A stretch of DNA of 64,000 bases from Octopus vulgaris (GCA_951406725.2 OX597819.1:113522001-113586000), one strand, 5' to 3'. Positions 35,673 through 51,021 are shown, counted from the stretch's first letter. The notes: generated by a model not told the origin, from the sequence alone. Program-made: numbers and translations.

Positions 35673-37694
35673 AGCCATCTGTTTATATATTTTATTGACT
35701 ATGGAAAGACATAATGTATAGAAAATATTCAAGAAATCTTTGAATTTAGTGTGTCTGTATAAAAACATAGATAAAACGGTTAGAGATACTAAAAAATGGA
35801 AAAAGAGAGAAGGGGGAAAGAAAGAGGGAGACAGGAATGGGAAAAGGAAGGAAAGAAAGAACTTAATGATTTCTGATTTAGGTTCAAGATCAGTCATTTG
35901 AAGGGTATTATATTGAGTACTCAACTGGTACTTTATTTTATTGACTCTAGGGAAATGAAAAGTAAAGGTGACCACAGCATGATTTGAACTCAGAATATAA
36001 AACAGCTGGCAAATGCTGCAAGGCCAAGACAGAAAGAAAGAAAGAAATGAAGGAAGGGAAAAAAGAGAAATACAAAAGAAAGAAGAAAGCACAAAATGAC
36101 AAAAGAAAGAATGAAAGAAAACAAAAAAAGAAAATGAAAGAAAGAAAGAATGGAAAAAGAGAAAATGAAAGAAAGAGCAAAATGAATGAAAGAAAGAGAA
36201 TAGGAAGGCTATCAAAGAATGTAAAGAAAGAGATACACACAAATATTGAAAGAGACGAAAGAAAAAGTAGAGGAGAAGAAGGAGAGAAAAGGAAAAAGAA
36301 ATTAAAGAGAGGATGAGAAAGTATAAAAATTTGGAAAATGAGAGAAAGATGAAAATATTGATTCCAAATTTTGGCACAAGGCCAGCAATTTCGGGGACAG
36401 GGGGCTAGTCAGTTACATTGACCCCAGTGCTTAACTGGTACTTATTTTATCAACCCCGAAAGGATGAAAAGCAAAGTTGAACTTGGCAGAATTTGAACTC
36501 AGAACATGGAGGCAGATGAAGTGCTTCTGAGCATTTTCCCTGGTATACTTAGGATTCTGCCAGCTCACCACCTAAAGAAGATGAAAATCTTGAAAGAAAA
36601 GAAAGGGAAAGCAATGAATGAATGAAAAAGAAGGGAAGGAAGTATGAATGTGAAAAAGGCTACAAAGAAATGGTGGAAGGCAGGAAGAATGGAAAGAAAT
36701 TGATAACAAGTAAGAAAAAAACTAAAGAGTAAGGTAATAAAAAGGGACAAAAGCCTTGTGTGATTATGGAATTTGTTCGGACGTATGTCTAAGCTGGTGC
36801 TCAGGTACACATAGGAAGCATTGTACTGTGTCTTTTGCATGTGTATACATGTTTGTAGCCACCCAACACAACTTATACACACATATTTATTATGTGTATG
36901 TATATATATACATACATACATATATAAATATATATATATATATATATATGTGTGTGTATATATATATAAAATAAAATACAAAATGGGACAAGAATGCAAA
37001 ACATCCGGACAACTAGGGGATACAAAAAGGGACAACAAAACATCCAGATAGAAGATACAAAAAATCAAGGACGGGTCATTCAAAGCCTTTTATCTTCAGT
37101 CAAGAACTGGATCATCCTTGCAATTTCAGCTGATTATGTATATATATACATACACATAATAAATATGTGTGTGTAAGTTGTGTTGAGTGGCTACAAACGT
37201 ATGTGTGTGTGTGTCCATGCATGCATGTGTGTATGTTGTGTGCATGTATATGTATGCGTGTGTGTGTGTGTCCATGCATGCGTGTGTGCATGTGTGTGTG
37301 TATGTGCATGTATGTTGTGTGCATGAATATGTATGTGTGTGTGTGTGCATGTTCGTGTGTGTGGTCTGTGCATGCATGTGTGTATGTATGTATTAGGGAT
37401 ATAAAGAGAAAAACTACCATCAACTTTTGTGATTAGACATTCTAATGCATTAAAGAAAACAGTAAATAAATTTTCTTGTATCCTAAAAATATCTGGAATG
37501 GAAATTCAGAACTCTTGTCTTTCCAAAGACAAACGACTTCATATTTATTGAAGAACAGCAAAAGCCTACATGTAGGGTATTTGGGCCAAATTTGATGATT
37601 TGCACAAAAGGGGGAAAAAATACAATATCCCATCCAAAAATGAAAGTATTTTTAAAAAATCAAAGAATACTAACTAGATTATGGCTGGGAGACA

Positions 37695-38680
37695 ACAGTT
37701 TACTCAGAGTACCTCCTGCCTTGAGCTTCCATCATGGCCTCAAGTCAGCTCTGAAACCTGGTGTATATGTTCTTTTCTGTGTCCTTGGGAAGATCTTCAA
37801 ACATCTCCTTGATCTTGGCCAACTTCTTGGTCTTAGTGTTCCAGGCAGAGTGGTTGGTGAGTTTTTCAACCATGCTCCACCCACACAGTAATCTATGGGG
37901 TTTACAATTAGTGGAATTAGGAGGCCTAAAATTGAATTGGAGCAGGTGATGTTGTAGAAATTCTCTGACAACTACTTCTGACACGTTCTGAAGATATGGC
38001 ACAAAGTTGAATCCTGCTGTCACACAAGTGGCCTTTCAGCAGCAACCCTCTCTAATCAGGGTTTGACTACAGTCTCCGGCAGCTTCAAATAGATGTCTGA
38101 ATTGAGCCTAAGGCCCTGTTCAAAGATGTGGGGCAGCATAACATTACCCTCACTGGAGACACACTCATAGACCATCACAGTTTGGAGGAATTGATTTTCC
38201 TGGTATGTGGGACACCATATGGACTTTAGGCAAGCCACCTGTTATTCTGGGTGTTGTGCAACTGAGCTGGGCAGAAGTCCTTTCCATCTGAAAAGAACCA
38301 GATGGTCTCTGGCTCAACAGAATGCCCAGTTTGTTCACGAGTTTCTTTGATTTACCAGGTAGTCCTCCTTGGCCTTGGCTGTTAGAATCTGTCCTTTGCA
38401 CCTCTTGTATATATAGAAGTGAAGGTCATCTTTCAGAGGCAGTTCCATGGTGGTCCTGAATGATGACCTCTCTCACCAAAACCATGATTCCCTTGTCCTG
38501 AAGATGTTGGATGAATTCTGACAGTCAAAACGCCTGCTATGTCCCTTCCTGTTGGCCACAGCTTTGCAGTGTCCATTGCAGTTGTCTATGTCATGTCTTA
38601 CAGCCTTTGCAGTGTTTACAGAGCATTAAGCAGCAATCATGATGTCAGCATTTTGATATCCAGAGCAAAACATCATGATA
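37695..38680 (-). pseudogene. Decayed Tc1/mariner-superfamily transposase
   Basis: VMVYECVSSEGNVMLPHIFEQGLRLNSDIYLKLPETVVKP...RPPNS...KIKEMFEDLPKDT...RFQS, with many stops and frameshifts. Confidence 0.75.
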
Positions 38681-38769
38681 AAGGTAACTCATTTCCAATA
38701 TTCAGATGGCTTCCTGTCCTCTATGTCAGTCAATTTTTACTCAACTACGACTTTAAAATCTATGCTCTC

Positions 38770-39353
<584 letters not shown>

Positions 39354-39759
39354 TCAAGCTGTTCCTGAAATAAAGGAGACACAAAAAACAGTCGAACAGA
39401 GCCTGAACACCCTGCAATAAACTATTCCCTTACACTTAGCTTATTTCAATCTTAGTCAACATTCCTTCGAGCAATTTAATCCAGAGAGCAACCTTACTTG
39501 ACCCACAAACCATGAGAACTACGAACACTACACATGTATATACCTATAAACTCAATACTTGACTTACATCATACCTTCTTACCTTCTTACCCTTTATGTG
39601 CTCCAAATAGCAGTTCACATTCTGTATCTTTCAGACTATTCCAAATTAAATTAATTACAATCAAATCATGCATTACTTTCCATTGGAGATTTTTCCCAAG
39701 CAATCAAAAAATACATTTCTTTGTGTGTGTATGTGTGCGTGTGTGCATGTGTAATCAGC

Positions 39760-40245
39760 AAAGGTGGTGTGGTTGCTCTGAAAATATAAGTATCCAGGGT
39801 AAGATTGGGCTGGAGAAAGTTCAGGGAGTTACCATCACTGCTGACAACAAAGATCTTTTCTGTTTGAGTGAAGGGCAGATTGTATGATGTAATTAAAACT
39901 GGAATGCTACAAGGTAGAGACAAGGGCTTTGAATGCAAAAGATATGAGAAAACTGGAAAGAAATAAAGCAAGCATGTTCTGATGGATGTGCAATGTGAGT
40001 GTGCATGAAAGACATTGTACAAAGGTTCTGAGTAAAAAACTGGGCATCGAAAGAATGGGAAATAGTGTGTAAGAAAGAAGACTGTGCTGAAAAGACACAT
40101 GATTCATATGGATGAGGTCAGCTGTATAAAGAAGTGTTGGTTACTTAATGTGAAAACCCAGAAAGATGTAGGATGATGTGGTCAAAGCTGACTTCAGGAC
40201 CCTGAGCTTCTCAGCACAGAGGACCAGGATGTTTGGTGATGAGAG
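39760..40245 (+). pseudogene. Decayed RTE LINE RT C-terminus
   Basis: Fragments VKGRLYD...GMLQGRDKG(SETW)...LERNKASMF.WMCNVSVHER, homologous to 52320-52677. Confidence 0.7.
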
Positions 40246-40463
40246 GTTCACAAAAATATGTGCCTGCCTCAGCAAAACTGAGTTCTGAAAGCACTGCATG
40301 TATCTCCACCCACATGTTAGGGTGATACCCTCCCCTGAACCAAATTACCCCCATCATCTACCATACTTGCCCAGCTCCTGCAGACTACTGAGTCACATCT
40401 CTCTCTCTCTCTCTCTCACTCTCTCACTCTCTCTCACTCTCTCACTCTCTTTCTCTATCTCAC

Positions 40464-40508
<45 letters not shown>

Positions 40509-41385
40509 GCCCTCCCTCTCAGAAAGCTGTATCACTATTACTATCCTGCTGCTCTCCCATCCCCATGCTTTCTTCTGCATCCCCCTATCTTCCTCAACTC
40601 ATGGCTCATGAATCATCTACACTCCAACCCTACCCAATTTTATTAGTTTCTGCTTGCCTCCCTATCCCCTCAATTCCTGCTCCTTATACAATCTTGCAAA
40701 GCATACACCTATTTCTTATTTCTTTATTGCCCACAAGGGGCGAAACATAGAGGGAACAAACAAAGACAGACAAAGAGATTAAGTCGATTACATCGACCCC
40801 AGTGTGTAACTGGTACTTAATTTATCGACCTGAAAGGATAAAAGGCTAAGTCGACCTTGGCAGAATTTGAACTAAGCATTTCGCCCTGTGTGCTAACATT
40901 TCTGCCAGCTTGTCGCCTATTTCTACTTGCCTAGCACACACCTATTTCTACTTGCCTTGTACCTTGATGGGCCACCTGAATACCTCATTGCTACTGTCTG
41001 TCTCTTTGCAGCCCCTACTCATCATTTCCCTTTTCTCTTTCTCCCCTTTCCCAACTAAATGTGAGTAGCTACGCAGACCTTTTACAAGAACTGTCTCTGA
41101 TTGCCCTCTCTCTTATGCTTTAACCTCTCATCTCCTTAGCATAAAGCTGACCTCCACCCTCCTCAAAGTTCATAGTCAAGCAAGCTGCATGGTGACCCCC
41201 ATAGTGCTGGTGGCACAAAAAATGCACCCAGCACACTCTGTAAAGTGGTTAGTGTTAGGAAGGGCATCCAGTCATAGAAACTATGCCTGAGCAAACACTG
41301 GAGTGTGATGCAACCCTTGGATACATGAGATCTTGTCAATCTATCCAACCTATGCCAACATGGAGCATGGACATTGTATGATAAT

Positions 41386-41431
<46 letters not shown>

Positions 41432-41435
<4 letters not shown>

Positions 41436-42152
41436 AAAATGGAGGGGATCAATAGGTGGTTCATCAACTTTTAAACGTTATATTATGTTAACTTATTTAT
41501 TTATTTACTAAACTGATAATTACAATAATATATATTTGTTGTGCAAGATTTTTTATGTGAAATCGTGTGTTGAAACAGATATTGTTGTATTTCGGAATGG
41601 TCATTTTGCCAGTTTAGCCAATAAAAACACACATACTATACATTTGGTGTTATACCAAATATATAGTGCGTGTGTTTTTATTGGCTAAACTGGCAAAATG
41701 ACCATTCCGAAATACAACAATACAATAATATACATACATATAACATATTATGCTTTATATATAAGATATAAAATATAGTAATATATAAGGATACCAGTAA
41801 TTGTTATAAAATAACAAACATCATCATCATCATCATCATCGTTTAACGTCCGCTTTCCATGCTAGCATGGGTTGGACGGTTCAACTGGGGTCTGGCAAGC
41901 CCGAAGGCTGCACCAGGCCAGTCAGATCTGGCAGTGTTTCTACATGAATATAAATTGAGATATATTCATGTTTGTTATTTTATAACAATTACTGGTATCC
42001 CTATATATTACTATATTTTATATCTTATATGTAAAGCATAATATGTTATATGTATGTATATTATTGTAATCATCAGTTTAGTAAATAAATAAGTTAACAT
42101 AATATAATGTCTAAAAGTTGATGAACCACTTATTGATCCCCTCCATTTTCTT
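41432..42152. repeat. Nested inverted repeats
   Basis: Inner hairpin 41580-41648 / 41654-41722 with 3 mismatches; outer arms 41432-41530 plus 41722-41815 versus 41965-42152. Confidence 0.85.
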
Positions 42153-42337
42153 ATTGCTATATAAATTAATGGTAAAATATCTCTTTACTTTCACCCATTT
42201 AGTACACTAGGTAATGTAATTGCAATGCAATAAAAAAACACTTGTGTATTAATAATTGGGTATTCTACCAGTAGTATATTGGATAGATATTATCCCTTAG
42301 TGGGTTGGATTCACAACCTCTTACTTTCTTGGGGTTT

Positions 42338-42376
<39 letters not shown>

Positions 42377-42379
42377 GCA

Positions 42380-43205
42380 TACAGGGTGTGATGGGTAAAT
42401 TGTTGCCATTTTATATTTTTAATTTCACACATGTGCATTGTTTGTTTTTGACTTTGTTAACTACACAGTATAGTAGGGTCAGTTGGGCACCATCTGTGAG
42501 AAAAACAACACCATGATGCAATTCACTCTGCTAGAAATTTGGAAACAACATGCTGTACTTCTTGGCATTCATGCCGGAAGCTCCAATATGAACATTTCAG
42601 AGTGTTTGGGTGTCAATCTGAGGACAGTGCAATCTGAAGACATATACTGAGAGGGATAAAAATCAAACATCCTACCAGCATCATGGTGTTTGGAGTGATC
42701 ATTAGTGATGGTGAAATTATGCCTCCATTCATTTTCCTACAGAGGTCTACATCAAGTGCCTGGAAGAGGTAATGCTGTCCTGGGTGAAGAGGATGGCTGC
42801 TAGAAGACCCTAGTCTGGTAACAGGACTCTGCACTATGCCACACAAGTAGGAGAACCCAGTCATGGCTGTCAGACAATTTCTGCAACCTCATCACCCCTA
42901 ACATCTGACCACCTAACTCCCTAAACTGCTACGCCCTTGATTATTATGTGTGGGGTGCAGTTGAGTGAGAGACCAACAAAACTCCTTGTAACACCAAAGA
43001 TGAACTGAAGGCAAGGATTAAAGCAGCATTCAGCAACTTAAACCAGGAGACTGTTCAGAAGAGTTGCAGGAGACGCCAAAGTCGTCTGGAGGCTGTGGTA
43101 GAAGCCAACGACAACTTTATTGAATAAATTTACTCTTTAATGAAATGTCATTGTTAGTTTCATTTTTGCATAATTTAGACAACTGTTCATTCTCTACACC
43201 TTGTA
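42380..43205 (+). mobile_element. Internally deleted Tc1/mariner (maT/DD37D-like) transposon
   Basis: TACAGGGTG...CACCTTGTA ends inside (TA)n. Peptides IKHPTSIMVFGVIISDGEIMPPFIF...QDSALCHTSRRTQSWLSDNF...PPNS....LDYYVWGAVE...RLEAVVEAN. Confidence 0.8.
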
Positions 43206-43586
43206 TATATATATATATAGCACATAAAAAGCACCATCCGAACATGGCCGATGCCAGCACCGCCTCGACTGGCTTCTGTGCCGGTGGCATATAAAAAGCA
43301 CCATCCGAACGTGGCTGTTGCCAGCGCTGCCTTGGCTGGCTTCCGTGCCGGTGGCACGTTAAAAGCTCCAACCGATCGTGGCCGATGCCGGACCCCCTGG
43401 CACCTGTGCAGGTGGCATGTAAAAAGCACCCACTACACACGCGGAGTGGTTGGCGTTAGGAAGGGCATCCAGCTGTAGAAACTCTGCCAGATTAGACTGG
43501 AGCCTGGTGCAGCACCTGGCTTCCCAGACCCCGGTCGAACCGTCCAACCTGTGCTAGCGCGGAAAACGGACATTAAACGATGATGA

Positions 43587-43638
<52 letters not shown>

Positions 43639-43710
43639 ACATATATATGTATATATTTCGTTTTTGGATTTGGTTTGCAAGATTCTTTATATGAGTTCGT
43701 GTGTTGAAGC

Positions 43711-43930
43711 ATATTCTGTTGTGTCTGGGGAGAGTCATTTTCTTTTTGTGCTTTATAATGTAACACACTCACCGGTAAAATATCCACTTATTTCACTATT
43801 GAAAAAGTTGCAAGATGCAACGAAAATTTTAGGAAAATAAAAATAAGAAATAAGAGGAAATTTTACCGGTGAGTGTGTTACATTATAAAGCGCAAAAAGA
43901 AAATGACTCTCCCCAGACACAACAGTATAT
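43711..43930. repeat. Inverted repeat with arms of about 84 bp; related single copy at about 19680-19860
   Basis: CTGTTGTGTCTGGGGAGAGTCATTTTCTTTTTG...CACCGGTAAAAT is mirrored at 43847-43930. Confidence 0.85.
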
Positions 43931-44361
43931 ATATATCATCATCATCATCGTTTAACGTCCGTTTTCCATGCTAGCATGGGTTGGTAGGTTTTGACTGAGG
44001 GCTGGCAACCAGATGGTTGCACCAGGCTCCAGTCTTGATCTGGCAGAGTTTCTACAGCTGGATGCCCTTCCTAACACCAACCACTCCGAGAGTGTAGTGG
44101 GTGCTTTTTACGGGCCACCTACACGGGAGCCAGTCAGGCGGTACTGGCAATGACCTCACTTGAATCTTTTTATACGTGCCACCGACACAGGTGCCAGTGA
44201 AGCGACGTTGGTAGTGATCATGCTCGAATAGTACCCTTTTACGTGCCACGGGTATGGAAGCTTATGGCTGCTCTGGCAACGATCACAACGATCACACTCG
44301 GATGGTTTTCTTGGCACCCTACTAGCACAGGCATAAGTGCCAGTAAGGCGAAGCTGGTAAC

Positions 44362-44395
<34 letters not shown>

Positions 44396-44398
<3 letters not shown>

Positions 44399-45681
44399 GT
44401 CTGATCAATAAGTATGTCATAGTAATGAAGCTAAAGCAGACAGAGTGAAGTGGCTTGACTCAGATTGAAGTCTGCTGTGTATGTGCACTAAGTTTTAATG
44501 TTCTAGCTCCCTTCTACTGTTTACAGCAGTGTTTCTAAGTAACATGTGTAACGTGTGATCGTCGCATTAATTATGACAGAGAAAGTTGTCATGGTGATAA
44601 TGCTCAGAGGCCTATTCAAAGTTGCAGAAAGTGAATAGAGAAGAGGAGTGTATGAGCTGCACAAAAGTGTACAAGTGGTCCAGATGTAACCAAGACGGCT
44701 GAAAAAATGTTGATATTGATAAACGTTCTGGAGACCTGTAACCAGCAGAACTGAGAAAAACATCATGGATGTGCATGCAGCTGTGAGGAGAAATCATTGA
44801 ATCACCATCAGTGATTTACCAGAGGATGTGCACATTAGTTACAGTTCAGCTCAGTCCGTTGTCACTGAAGATTTGGGTATGAGATGTGTGTCTGCCAAAC
44901 TTGTGCCAAAACTACTTTCAACTGACCAAAAAGACACCGAGGTTTCAGTTGCACCGAGCTGGCAGAAACGTTAGCACACTGGGCGAAATGCTTAGTGGTA
45001 TTTCGTCTGCCACTATGTTCTGAGTTCAAATTCCGCTGAGGTCGACTTTGCCTTTCATCCTTTCAGGGTAGATTAAATAAGTACCAGTTACGCACTGGGG
45101 TCGATATAATCGACTTAATCAGTTTGTCTGTCCTTGTTTGTCCCCTCTGGGTTTAGCCCCTTGTGGGTAGTAAAGAAATAGGTATTTTGTCTGCCGCAAT
45201 GTTCTGAGTTCAAATTCCGCTGAGGTTGACTTTGCCTTTCATCCTTTCGGGGTAGATTAAATAAGATTAAATATAATCGACTTAACCAGTTTGTCTGTCC
45301 TTGTTTGTCCTTTCTGTGTTTAGCCCCTTGTGGGTAGTAAAGAAATGGGTTTCAGTTGCGCAAGTTTTCCTTGATTGTGTCGAGAATGATGAAAACTTTT
45401 TGAAAACTTTGCATAGGTCTCTGAACAGGTATGACTAAGCTTCTGGCAAAATTTGAAGCCAATTGTCTGCTCAACTTTCTCTGTCATGGCCAATGCAACA
45501 AACACACACTACACACCTTCCTTCCATGCACTGCTGTAAACAGCGGAAGTGAGCTAGAATGTTAAAACTTAGTGTGCATGCACTGCAGACTTCAAGATTA
45601 ATCTGTGCTATGTGGCTTCACTCTGCATGTTTTAGCTTAGTTACTATGGTAACAGTCTGGATATTTATTGATCAGACCATG
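44396..45681 (+). mobile_element. Non-autonomous mariner element with long inverted ends, interrupted by a SINE
   Basis: GAGGTCTGATCAATAAGTA ... TATTTATTGATCAGACCATG in TA context. Transposase remnant DKRSGRP...EDLGMRCVSAKLVPKLLSTDQK. The SINE at 44955-45345 is flanked by GGTTTCAGTTGC direct repeats. Confidence 0.8.
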
Positions 45682-46009
45682 TATACATATATATATATAT
45701 AAGGCCCTCATGCTGGTGACATGTAAAAGCACCCACTACACTCTCAGAGTGGTTGGCATTAGGAAAGGCATCCAGCTGTAGAAACTCTGCCAGATCAAGA
45801 TTGGAGCCTGGCACAGCCATCTGGTTTGCCAGCCCTCAGTCAAATCGTCCAACCCATGCTAGCATGGAAAGCAGACGTTAAACAATGATGATAATGATGA
45901 TGATGATATGTTGTTATATTTGGGGATGGTCATCTTTCGCCAATTAAAAACATGCACTATTTGATCTTCACTTTATCATTATTATTATATAATTGTTCAA
46001 CATTTGATA

Positions 46010-46380
46010 GTTTGCGGCAAATTTCTACTTCCATGTTGTTAAGGTGTGTACAGCATTTTGTGTTCTTTTCTGCCATTGGGAGTGTGCTAACTCTTCCTAG
46101 TACTGTATTGTGTTAGTTTTTCTTTCCTCTTGCTGTGTGGTGCAGTCTTTTGTTGTGTTACTGCTTCTATTGTGTGTTGAGTGTGTAATGCTTTGGTCTT
46201 CTGGATTGCTGGTGGGAGTTTTTTTCACTGGGTAAATGCCGTATAGAGTGTGCCTTGTATTGGTTGGTGGTTTTGTTTAGGTTGTATTATTGGATTGATA
46301 GTGTCTTGTGTAGGATGTGGGCCTTTCCTAGGAGGACTATTTTTGGACAGTATGTAGTGTTGAGGGTCCAGGTACAAATA
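46010..46380 (-). mobile_element. Second R4/Dong-type 3' end next to (TAA)n
   Basis: Minus strand IVLLGKAHILHKTLSIQ-stop, homologous to the end of the ORF in 31440-31835. Confidence 0.65.
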
Positions 46381-46383
46381 TTA

Positions 46384-46433
<50 letters not shown>

Positions 46434-46513
46434 TTAATTCTTTATTGCCCACAAGGGGCTACACACAGAGGGGACAAACACGGACAGACAAACGGATTAT
46501 TATTATCATTATT

Positions 46514-46554
<41 letters not shown>

Positions 46555-46852
46555 TAAGGTGGCAAGCTGGCAGAATCATTAGCACACTTGATGAAATGCT
46601 TAGCGGTATTTTGCCTTTTGTTATGTTCTGAGTTCAAATTCCGCTGAGATTGACTTTGCCTTTCATCCTTTTGTGGTCAATAAATTAAGGACCAGTCAAG
46701 TACTGGGTCGATGTGATTGTCTATCCCCCTCCCCACAAATTCCAGGCTTTGTGCCTATAGTAGAAGAGATTGTTATTATTTTATGTTTGACTTTTGCTTT
46801 ATATTTGTACAAGTTGGCTCCAAGTTTCATCAGAGACCTCAAGAGACAACCA

Positions 46853-46908
<56 letters not shown>

Positions 46909-47417
46909 GAGTGAGAGAGCAGTGCATGCCATCAAAGTGACACTGGGGTAAAATATACGAAGCCCAGTATACCCATTATGACTACTCGTCTGATAAGGGT
47001 ACACCAGGCACATGCATCACAACCATATGTGCACGACAAGGTGATCTTATAAAAAAGATAAACAGCACATGACTTTGCAGGTGGGGCCCAGTTAGAATTT
47101 TCTTCTGGTCGAGTAGCCCATCGCGCTCAAAAGATCCCTGAATAAGGGTTAAGGATGTTGAATGGACCACCCATGTTTCCAAAGGTTAATTATCCAAACC
47201 CAAAGAATTCTTTTCAACACACAGCTATGATGCTCCCCCACTACTTCTGGTCATAATCAGAGATGCACATATCATCAGCCACCAAGGGACATGCTTAACT
47301 GGTTACGGTAAAAAAACTGACAAGCAAATCTGTGGTATTGAGCAGAATATTCGCTGTAGCCCATCTTTTATACCAAGACAAAACAATGTACATGATAACA
47401 CTTCCAATCAGTTAATA

Positions 47418-47461
<44 letters not shown>

Positions 47462-48847
47462 TATTTATTTGTCAGAGTTCTTTCACCATACATTCTGTGA
47501 CCTCTTTGATAATTTTCCGTCCCTCTTGTCTCCTCTTAGCAACAGAAGCAATATTCTTTTCTACTCTAGGTACAAGGCGTGGAATTTTGGGGGAGGGAGC
47601 CAGTTGATCAGATCGACCCCGGTATGCAACTGGTACTTAATTTATCAACTCCAAAAAGATGAAATTTGAACTCTGAATGTAAAGACATGAAATACTGCTA
47701 AGCATTTCACCTGGAGTGCTAATGTTTCTTATTTCTTTATTGCCTACAAGGGGCTAAACATAAAGGGGACAAACAAGGACAGACAAAGGGATTAAGTCGA
47801 TTACATCGACCCCAGTGCATAGCTGGTACTTAATTTATCGACCCCGAAAGGATGAAAGGCAAAGTCAACCCCGGCAGAATTTGAACTCAGAACGCAAAGA
47901 CAGACGAAATACCGCTAAGCATTTTGCCCAGAGTGCTAACGTTTCTGCCAGCTTGGCAACAGAAGTAATATTAATATGAAAAAGTAATCTTGATCTCCAC
48001 CTTAACATGTGGTTGTGTTAAAACACAGAATAATATGTTATTTACTTTGAGAGACTCTCTCATAAGGACTCATGGTGCATAAAAGTTCAGGTAATCATAT
48101 CATTGAACATATGAGAATCATCTGCTATGGTTGCCAGAACTGCCAGATCATGTGATTTCAACCTACTATGGGTTCCTCAGTGACAGACATACAGCAACCT
48201 GATAACGGGTGAATCTCCCGTCAATGATATATAAAATCTCAGTGTCTATTCAGGCACTGGTGTTGCAAATAGCCATTGGGCTAATTAAAAAATGATTAAT
48301 AGTGACAGAAGCAGTATTAATACTACCAAGTAATCTTAATCTCCAACTTAACATGGAGGTTGTGTTAGAACACAGAATACTACATGGTTTACCATGCAGT
48401 GTTCTGTTTTTATTTGAATCAGGGCTGATAATGTTTCTTATTCAAAAAATCTCTACCCATTAAACCTCCAACCAGCATTAAAAGTGGTAAAGAAATTTTC
48501 AGTGATTTTATGAACACAAATCAGAGGTGGAAACTGACCAAATATAAGAAAAAAAAAAAAAAGAAAGCAATGCTGTGTCTGGCTTTCCATTGTTACTTAA
48601 AGCCAGGGTTAAAAGTCAGCATATTAATGAAAACCCCCAAAACTTTCAATAGAACAGAGACCCTTTAAAGGAGAGAGAAGTTAAAGAAATGAAAGATGGT
48701 CGTAAATCAGAACTGAAAGATCTGGAAAAAACACCACCAGACATTTTACTTGATACTCTAATGACTGAGGAGTGAACAAGGTATTAAGAGTTTCATATTG
48801 CCTTGGCAGTGAAAAGATTTCACTCTTGATGCCAAGCAAATGACACA

Positions 48848-48892
<45 letters not shown>

Positions 48893-49862
48893 ACACATAT
48901 ATATATCATCATCATCATCATTATCATCGTTTAACATCCGTTTTCCATGCTAGTACGGGTTGGACGGTTCGACCAGGGTCTGGGAAGCCAGGAGGCTGCA
49001 CCAGGCTCCAGTCAGATCTGGCAGTGTTTCTACAGCTGGATGCCCTTCCTAACTCCAACTACTCTGTGAGTGTAGTAGGTGCTTTTTATGTACCACCAGT
49101 ACAAGTGCCAGGGGAGGTTGGCAGTGGACACAATCGGTTGGTGCTTTTTACGTGCCACCAGCACGGAGATATATATATCATCATCATCATCATCATCGTT
49201 TAACGTCCGCTTTCCATGCTAGCATGGGTTGTACGATTTGACTGAGGGCTGGCAAACCAGATGGCTGCACCAGGCTTCAATCTTGATCTGGCAGAGTTTG
49301 TACAGCTGGATGCCCTTCCTAACGCCAACCACTCTAAGAGTATAGTGGGTGCTTTTATGTGCCACCCGCATGGGGCCAGTCAGGCGGTACTGGCAACGAT
49401 CTTGCTCAAATCTTTTACACATGCCACCGGCACAGGTGCCAGTAACGAGATGCTAGTAATGATCACGCTCGAATGGTGCCACTGGCATGGAGGCTAGATA
49501 GCTGCTCTGGCAACAATCATGCTCGGATGCTGCTCTTAATACCCTACTAGCATGGTGCTCAAGTGCCAGTAAGGTGACGCTGGTAACAATCACTCTCAAA
49601 TGGTGCCTTTTAAGTGCCACTGGCACGGAAGCTGGTTAGCTGCTCTGTCAATGATCACACTTGTATGGTGCTCTTTGCACCCCGCTAGCAAGGACGCCAG
49701 TCATCGAATTTGATTATGTGGTAAGTAGCTTGCTAACCAACCACATGGTTCCAGGTTCAGTCCCACTGCGTGGCATCTTGGGCAAGTGTCTTCTGCTATA
49801 GCCCCAGGCTAACCAATGCCTTGTGAGTGGATTTGGTAGACGGAAACTGAAAGAAGCCTGTC

Positions 49863-49912
<50 letters not shown>

Positions 49913-50139
49913 GTGTGTGTGTGTTTGTGTGTCTGTGTTTGTCCCCCAAGCATTGCTTGACAACCGATGCTGGTGTGTTTACGTCCCCGTCACTTAGCGG
50001 TTCGGCAAAAGAGGCCGATAGAATAAGTACTGGGTTTACAAAGAATAAGTCCTGGGGTCGAGTTGCTCGACTAAAGGCGGTGCTCCAGCATGGCCACAGT
50101 CAAATGACTGAAACAAGTAAAAGAGTAAAAAAAAAAAGA

Positions 50140-50185
<46 letters not shown>

Positions 50186-50441
50186 TTAATAAGGGTGAGA
50201 GAATTAGATACTAATTTAATAGTATATTTATTCCACACCAAGTGGCCTAGTGCTACGAGAAACCTGGATTATTATAATATTTTATAACATATTATAATAT
50301 TTTCACAAAATAAATATAAGAGAGTGGTCACTATATTGATCACTCTAGCACCAGTTAATCCAAAAGGTTTCAACCACGAAAATACATGTTTCCCATGAAA
50401 GCCAGTACGACTGTTAGCTCACACGGACAGGGCAAATAAAA

Positions 50442-50476
<35 letters not shown>

Positions 50477-50755
50477 GTTTAAGTAAAGAGTAAGAAGAAA
50501 GCTGTAGGTAGTTTGTATTGATGTGATGAGTATAGAAAATCTGTTGAGACTGGACAGAAATGTGTTTATGAATCCTGATCCTTTGTATGAGCAATTTTAA
50601 TTTAACTGAAAGCTGGAGTAGCATGGAGCTGAGCTGTCAATGAATCTTGACATCAAAGACATCAGCTGGTGCGCAAACACACATCCAAACAGCCACTCAT
50701 AAACATGCACACATACATATGTACAAGTTCATACACACAAGTATACATATATACA

Positions 50756-50799
<44 letters not shown>

Positions 50800-50803
<4 letters not shown>

Positions 50804-51021
50804 GAAATGAGGTACTCAGAAAATCGGATGTTTTATATTTACAGATATTTATTTGTATATTACATTTTTTATATATATCATATAACTTAGATCATGTATT
50901 AGCACTTTCTCCCATTCTAGTGGGGTTTTCAAATCTAAGTTATATGATATATATAAAAAATGTAATATACAAATAAATATCTGTAAATATAAACTATCCG
51001 ATTTTCTGAGTACCTCATTTC

